Positions 16,964 to 20,000 of a stretch of DNA of 20,000 bases are shown here, piece after piece. The translations under genes and the position numbers were made by a program. This DNA is from Candidatus Tectimicrobiota bacterium (GTDB taxonomy: Bacteria > JACPUC01), in the NCBI GenBank assembly GCA_016192455.1, contig JACPUC010000026.1, positions 58,902 through 78,901 of the forward strand, given 5' to 3'. Position 1 is the stretch's first letter. Each line of letters begins with the position of its first letter. The notes beneath the pieces are model-generated. The model ran no database searches. It saw only the letters and a list, made by a program, of their open reading frames with translations, and was not told where the DNA came from.

Positions 16964-17515
16964 ATGTTGCCCACACTTCTCTTCTGGATGACCATCGTCG
17001 CAAGCCTTCTCGTCGGCAACGGCGTCTCCATCACGCCCGCCGCCGCGCAGACCTCCCAGGGTTTGGCGGTCGGCGCGCCGGCGCCCGATTTCACCCGGCC
17101 GCGGAAAGCCCCTGAGAAGCCCTTTACACTCTCGTCCCTCCGCGGCAGCAAGCCGGTGGTGTTGGTTCTCTATCGAGGTCTCTTCTGAGGTGACTGCCGC
17201 ATGCAACTCGGCGAGTTGCAGAAGCACCTCCAGCAGTTCCAGGCCGCGGGAGCCGAGCTGATCACCGTCAGCACGGACGACGCCGCAACGGCGGAGGAGA
17301 CGGTCCGGCGCCTGAAGCTGAGCTTCAAGGTCTTTCCGGACCCCCAGCGGCAGATCGTCGAGGCGTACGACGTGCTCCATCCCCAGGAAGGCATCGCCCG
17401 CCCGAGCACCTTCATCATCGACAAGGGGGGAATTATTCGCTGGAAGTACATTGGGCAAATCCCCTCCGATCGGCCCAACATCCAGCTCCTCATCAATCTC
17501 CTCTCCTGGTTGTAA
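16964..17515 (+). CDS. Peroxiredoxin-like (AhpC/TSA, redoxin) selenoprotein with UxxC motif and predicted signal peptide, 183 aa
   Basis: ORFs 16964-17188 and 17201-17515 are in the same frame, joined by TGA-GGT-GAC-TGC-CGC. Read through, they give LAVGAPAPDF...SLRGSKPVVLVLYRGLF-U-GDC-RMQLGEL...ITVSTD...DP...AYDV...ARPSTFIIDKGGIIRWKY, a complete thioredoxin-fold domain. Confidence 0.88.
17187..17230 (+). promoter_or_regulatory. Bacterial SECIS-like stem-loop
   Basis: Upper stem TGCAACTC/GAGTTGCA (17202-17209/17213-17220) with a GGC loop 21 nt after the UGA. Lower pairing GAGGTG/CACCTC (17187-17192/17225-17230). Confidence 0.75.
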
Positions 17516-17643
17516 GGCAAGGTCGAGGGGTAAAACATTCACTTACAGAATTACACAGTACACCATTGTCTCTGCTTCTTCACTCCAAGCGCTTGTTGCA
17601 GAACGGGATAATTTGGGGCGATTTTCTTCAGGACCGAAAATGG

Positions 17644-17842
17644 TGTGGAAAACGGTTGCAGGGGGACGGCTCACTCGATCAACGCCTCCGTCAACCCGCG
17701 GGAAATCTCTAACCCATTGATATTGAGTGAGTTCATCTACTGCCCAAAGAGCCGTCAACCTAATCTAAGTTTCGCTCCCATCGGCAGTTAGAGGCGCAGG
17801 TGGGGGGGTTTTCCACAGCTTCTCCACAGCCTTGGTGGAAAG
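17644..17842. promoter_or_regulatory. Cluster of DnaA boxes with an IHF site
   Basis: TTTTCCACA on the minus strand at 17644-17652 and the plus strand at 17809-17817; TTCTCCACA at 17820-17828; an opposed degenerate box GGTGGAAAG at 17834-17842. IHF site TATCAA-TGGG-TTA on the minus strand at 17710-17722 matches WATCAANNNNTTR exactly. Confidence 0.55.
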
Positions 17843-17973
17843 TTAGCTAACTCCTCAGCCTCTAAGGCGTTGCACGAGTCCCCGGGGAGCCCTCCTCTTG
17901 ACATATCTCCAGTCAGCATCAAGGGGGAGTGGCAAGTCAATGACAGCATACCTTGTAATAACTGGAGAAACCT

Positions 17974-17999
17974 GGAGCGCCTAAGCGGAGCGCCTAAGC
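17974..17999. repeat. 13-bp perfect tandem duplication
   Basis: GGAGCGCCTAAGC twice in direct succession. Confidence 0.8.
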
Positions 18000-18212
18000 G
18001 CGCGAAGGGTCATTAGAAGGTTACCTCGTTGGTCGCCTTCGCACTTCCCCTGTCCCCATGAAGTGAGTGATGTTTTGGGGTTCTTCCAGGCACATTCCTC
18101 GCGCATCCACGCCCGTTGACGCCGCCAGGCAGCCTCCCCGGAGCCCGCCGCAGGCTTCCTGCGGGTTGCTGCCCTGGCCCGCGGCTGTGCTCCTGGTTTC
18201 AGCAGCGGCAGG

Positions 18213-19346
18213 CTATTCCTGGCGTGCGGCGAACCGCGCCGGATCGTAGCCGCGCGCCCGCAGCCACTGCGCCGTCGCCCCCAGGATCACCACATCGCAG
18301 CGCTGCAGCTCAGCCGGACGACGCACGCCGAGGAGGAACATGGCGGCCCGCAGCTCGGCGATGATCTCCCGCAGCCGGGCGACCACCGCCTCCGGCCCCA
18401 GCAGGGCCGCCTCCAGCATGGGGATGGCCATGCCGCCGGCGCTGGCCCCGAGGCTCAAGGCGCGCGCCACATCCAGCCCCGAGCGCAACCCTCCCGTGGC
18501 GACGACCGGCAGCCCCACCGCGCTCTCCACGACGGCGACGGGCGTGGGAATGCCCCACTCCCAGAAGGTCTGTCCGAGCTTCTCCAGCAGCGGCTCGTTT
18601 CCCCGCGCCGCGCGGTAGTACTCAACGGCCGAGAAGCTCGTCCCCCCCTGCCCGCCGACATCAATCCCCGCCACGCCGGCCTCCTTCAGCCGCAGGGCGA
18701 CACTGCGGCTGATGCCACCGCCGGTCTCCTTGGCAAGGATCGGCCAGCGCGCGCCGAGGCGCGCCACGGCTTCGAGACACCCCCGCGCGCGGTGATCTCC
18801 TTCAGGCTGCACGACCTCCTGGAGGAAGTTGAGGTGCAGCGCCAGCACATCAGCCTTGATCATCTCCATCACCGCCTGCACGTCCGCATCGGACAGGGCG
18901 GGCTTGCGCTGCGCGATGAGCTGCGGCACGCCGAGGTTGGCGATCACCAGGGGGACGTGGTGCCGCTTCACCACGGCGTAGGTCTGCTGCGTTTCTGGCC
19001 GCTCTAACCCCACCCGCTGACTGCCGACGCCGAAGCCGACGCCCACCGCCGCCGCGCCGTAGGCAAGGTGATCGTTGATCTTCTCCGCCTCCGGGTAGCC
19101 GCCGGTCATCGAGGAGATGATGAGGGGAGCATGCAAGCGTTTCCCGAACAACGTCACCGAGAGGTCGACCTCCTCCAGATCGATCTCCGGCAGCGCGTTG
19201 TGGACGAAGCGCAGGTCATCCCAGTAGTGGTAGCCTCCCTGCACGTCTTCGCCGGCGCAAATCTCCACGTGGTCGCGCTTGCGGCTGCTCCCCTGCGGTA
19301 TCCGCGCCTCGGGACGCTCCGGCCCTGCCGTACGGTCAGTCTTCAT
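18213..19346 (-). CDS. fni: Type 2 (FMN-dependent) isopentenyl-diphosphate delta-isomerase
   Basis: Motifs RKRDHVEIC, HNALPEID, APLIISSMTGG, GVGSQR, HLNFLQE..QPEGD, KETGGG, GGTSFSAVE..R, WGIPT, TGGLRSGLDVARALSLGA. The ATG at 19346 has GAGGG upstream. Confidence 0.95.
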   Translation of the reverse strand: MKTDRTAGPERPEARIPQGSSRKRDHVEICAGEDVQGGYHYWDDLRFVHNALPEIDLEEVDLSVTLFGKRLHAPLIISSMTGGYPEAEKINDHLAYGAAAVGVGFGVGSQRVGLERPETQQTYAVVKRHHVPLVIANLGVPQLIAQRKPALSDADVQAVMEMIKADVLALHLNFLQEVVQPEGDHRARGCLEAVARLGARWPILAKETGGGISRSVALRLKEAGVAGIDVGGQGGTSFSAVEYYRAARGNEPLLEKLGQTFWEWGIPTPVAVVESAVGLPVVATGGLRSGLDVARALSLGASAGGMAIPMLEAALLGPEAVVARLREIIAELRAAMFLLGVRRPAELQRCDVVILGATAQWLRARGYDPARFAARQE

Positions 19347-19393
19347 GGTTCCCTCTACTGGAGCACGTTCTGATCTCGAGTGCCACGGTCCTC

Positions 19394-19999
19394 TCACTGA
19401 CTGCCGCGCACCTCTTCGGAAGGTCTGCCGATCCGCTCCCGCCCGGTGGAGCAGATGAGCTGGTAGGGACAGCTTGGGCAGTGCTCGGGGTGGGGAGAAA
19501 AGTCCGCCGCCTGAAGTCGCTGGAGAAGCTCCTTCGTCTCCGCCTCCACCGCCTCAAGTTCCTTCTCCTCCACGCTGACGGCGACCGTGTGGGAGGTGCG
19601 CAGGAAGTGGAGGAGCGCCGGCGAGGCCACCCTCCCCACGAGGCGCCGCAGCGCCAAGGCGTAGAGCCGTACCTGCAAAGTATGGTGCGCGACGCGGAGC
19701 GGCAGCGTTTGCTGATCGACGTGGTCTGTCTTGAAGTCGATGATCGTTCCGGCCTGACCATCCTGCCAGAACAGCTTGTCGATCTTCCCTTGCAGCCACG
19801 CCCCGCCCAGGTTCAGGAGGAAGGGAACCTCACTCCGCACGTGGTACGGTGCGCGCAGGCGTTGCGCCAGCTCGCTGCCGGCGAAGCGCCGCGCGAGGGC
19901 CTCGATCTCCTGGCGCAGGGCGGCGCGCCGCGAGCCCAGGAGGGGGGTCCCATCGAGCGCCTGGTCGAGGAGATGGCTCAGGGCCGTTTCGGAGAGATC
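19394..19999 (-). CDS. C-terminal PD-(D/E)XK nuclease domain of an AddA/UvrD-like helicase-nuclease; 5' end lies outside the window
   Basis: The frame is open to the window edge (DLSETALSHLL...FAGSELAQRL...). RecB-type motifs EVPF, GKIDKL, IIDFKTD, Q..LYA. C-terminal CPSCPYQLIC. Confidence 0.85.
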   Translation of the reverse strand, partial: DLSETALSHLLDQALDGTPLLGSRRAALRQEIEALARRFAGSELAQRLRAPYHVRSEVPFLLNLGGAWLQGKIDKLFWQDGQAGTIIDFKTDHVDQQTLPLRVAHHTLQVRLYALALRRLVGRVASPALLHFLRTSHTVAVSVEEKELEAVEAETKELLQRLQAADFSPHPEHCPSCPYQLICSTGRERIGRPSEEVRGSQ

Positions 20000-20000
20000 A

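Noticed and set aside
16964-17515. Pseudogene or two-small-genes reading of the redoxin
   Set aside because: The only interruption is a TGA at the catalytic Cys position, followed by a SECIS-like hairpin. Both halves are otherwise intact and in frame.
16871-17542. 223-aa minus-strand ORF
   Set aside because: Antisense shadow of the redoxin gene, with no motifs.
17974-17999. Tandem 13-mer as a CRISPR remnant, with the PD-(D/E)XK gene as cas4
   Set aside because: Only two abutting copies with no spacer. The nuclease is the tail of a longer AddA-like frame and no cas genes are present.

Overview
GC-rich bacterial chromosomal window. In order: the 3' part of a 2-hydroxyacyl-CoA dehydratase activator-like (DUF2229-type) gene and a small hypothetical gene; a minus-strand uptake/catabolic operon (amidohydrolase-3 enzyme, SsuA/NMT1-type binding protein, FAH-family hydrolase, ABC ATPase, two permeases); a PAP2-like membrane protein; a type I-beta DAHP synthase; a minus-strand module of PAS histidine kinase, sigma-54-dependent response regulator and short sigma-70 factor; a YfcE-type metallophosphoesterase; a Prx-like (AhpC/TSA) redoxin; a type 2 IPP isomerase; and the nuclease end of an AddA-like gene. 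Four signals are missed by the ORF track. (1) The redoxin is one gene with an in-frame UGA in a UxxC active site, followed by a SECIS-like hairpin, so it is probably an exported selenoprotein. (2) A near-consensus sigma-54 promoter with candidate enhancer and IHF sites lies between the regulator and the sigma-70 gene, suggesting a one-locus kinase to sigma-54 to alternative sigma-70 cascade. (3) A 24-codon Phe-Trp-Phe leader ORF and an RBS-occluding hairpin precede the DAHP synthase. (4) A ~700 bp non-coding gap between convergent genes holds DnaA boxes and a perfect IHF site. All calls rest on motif reading only; no searches were run.
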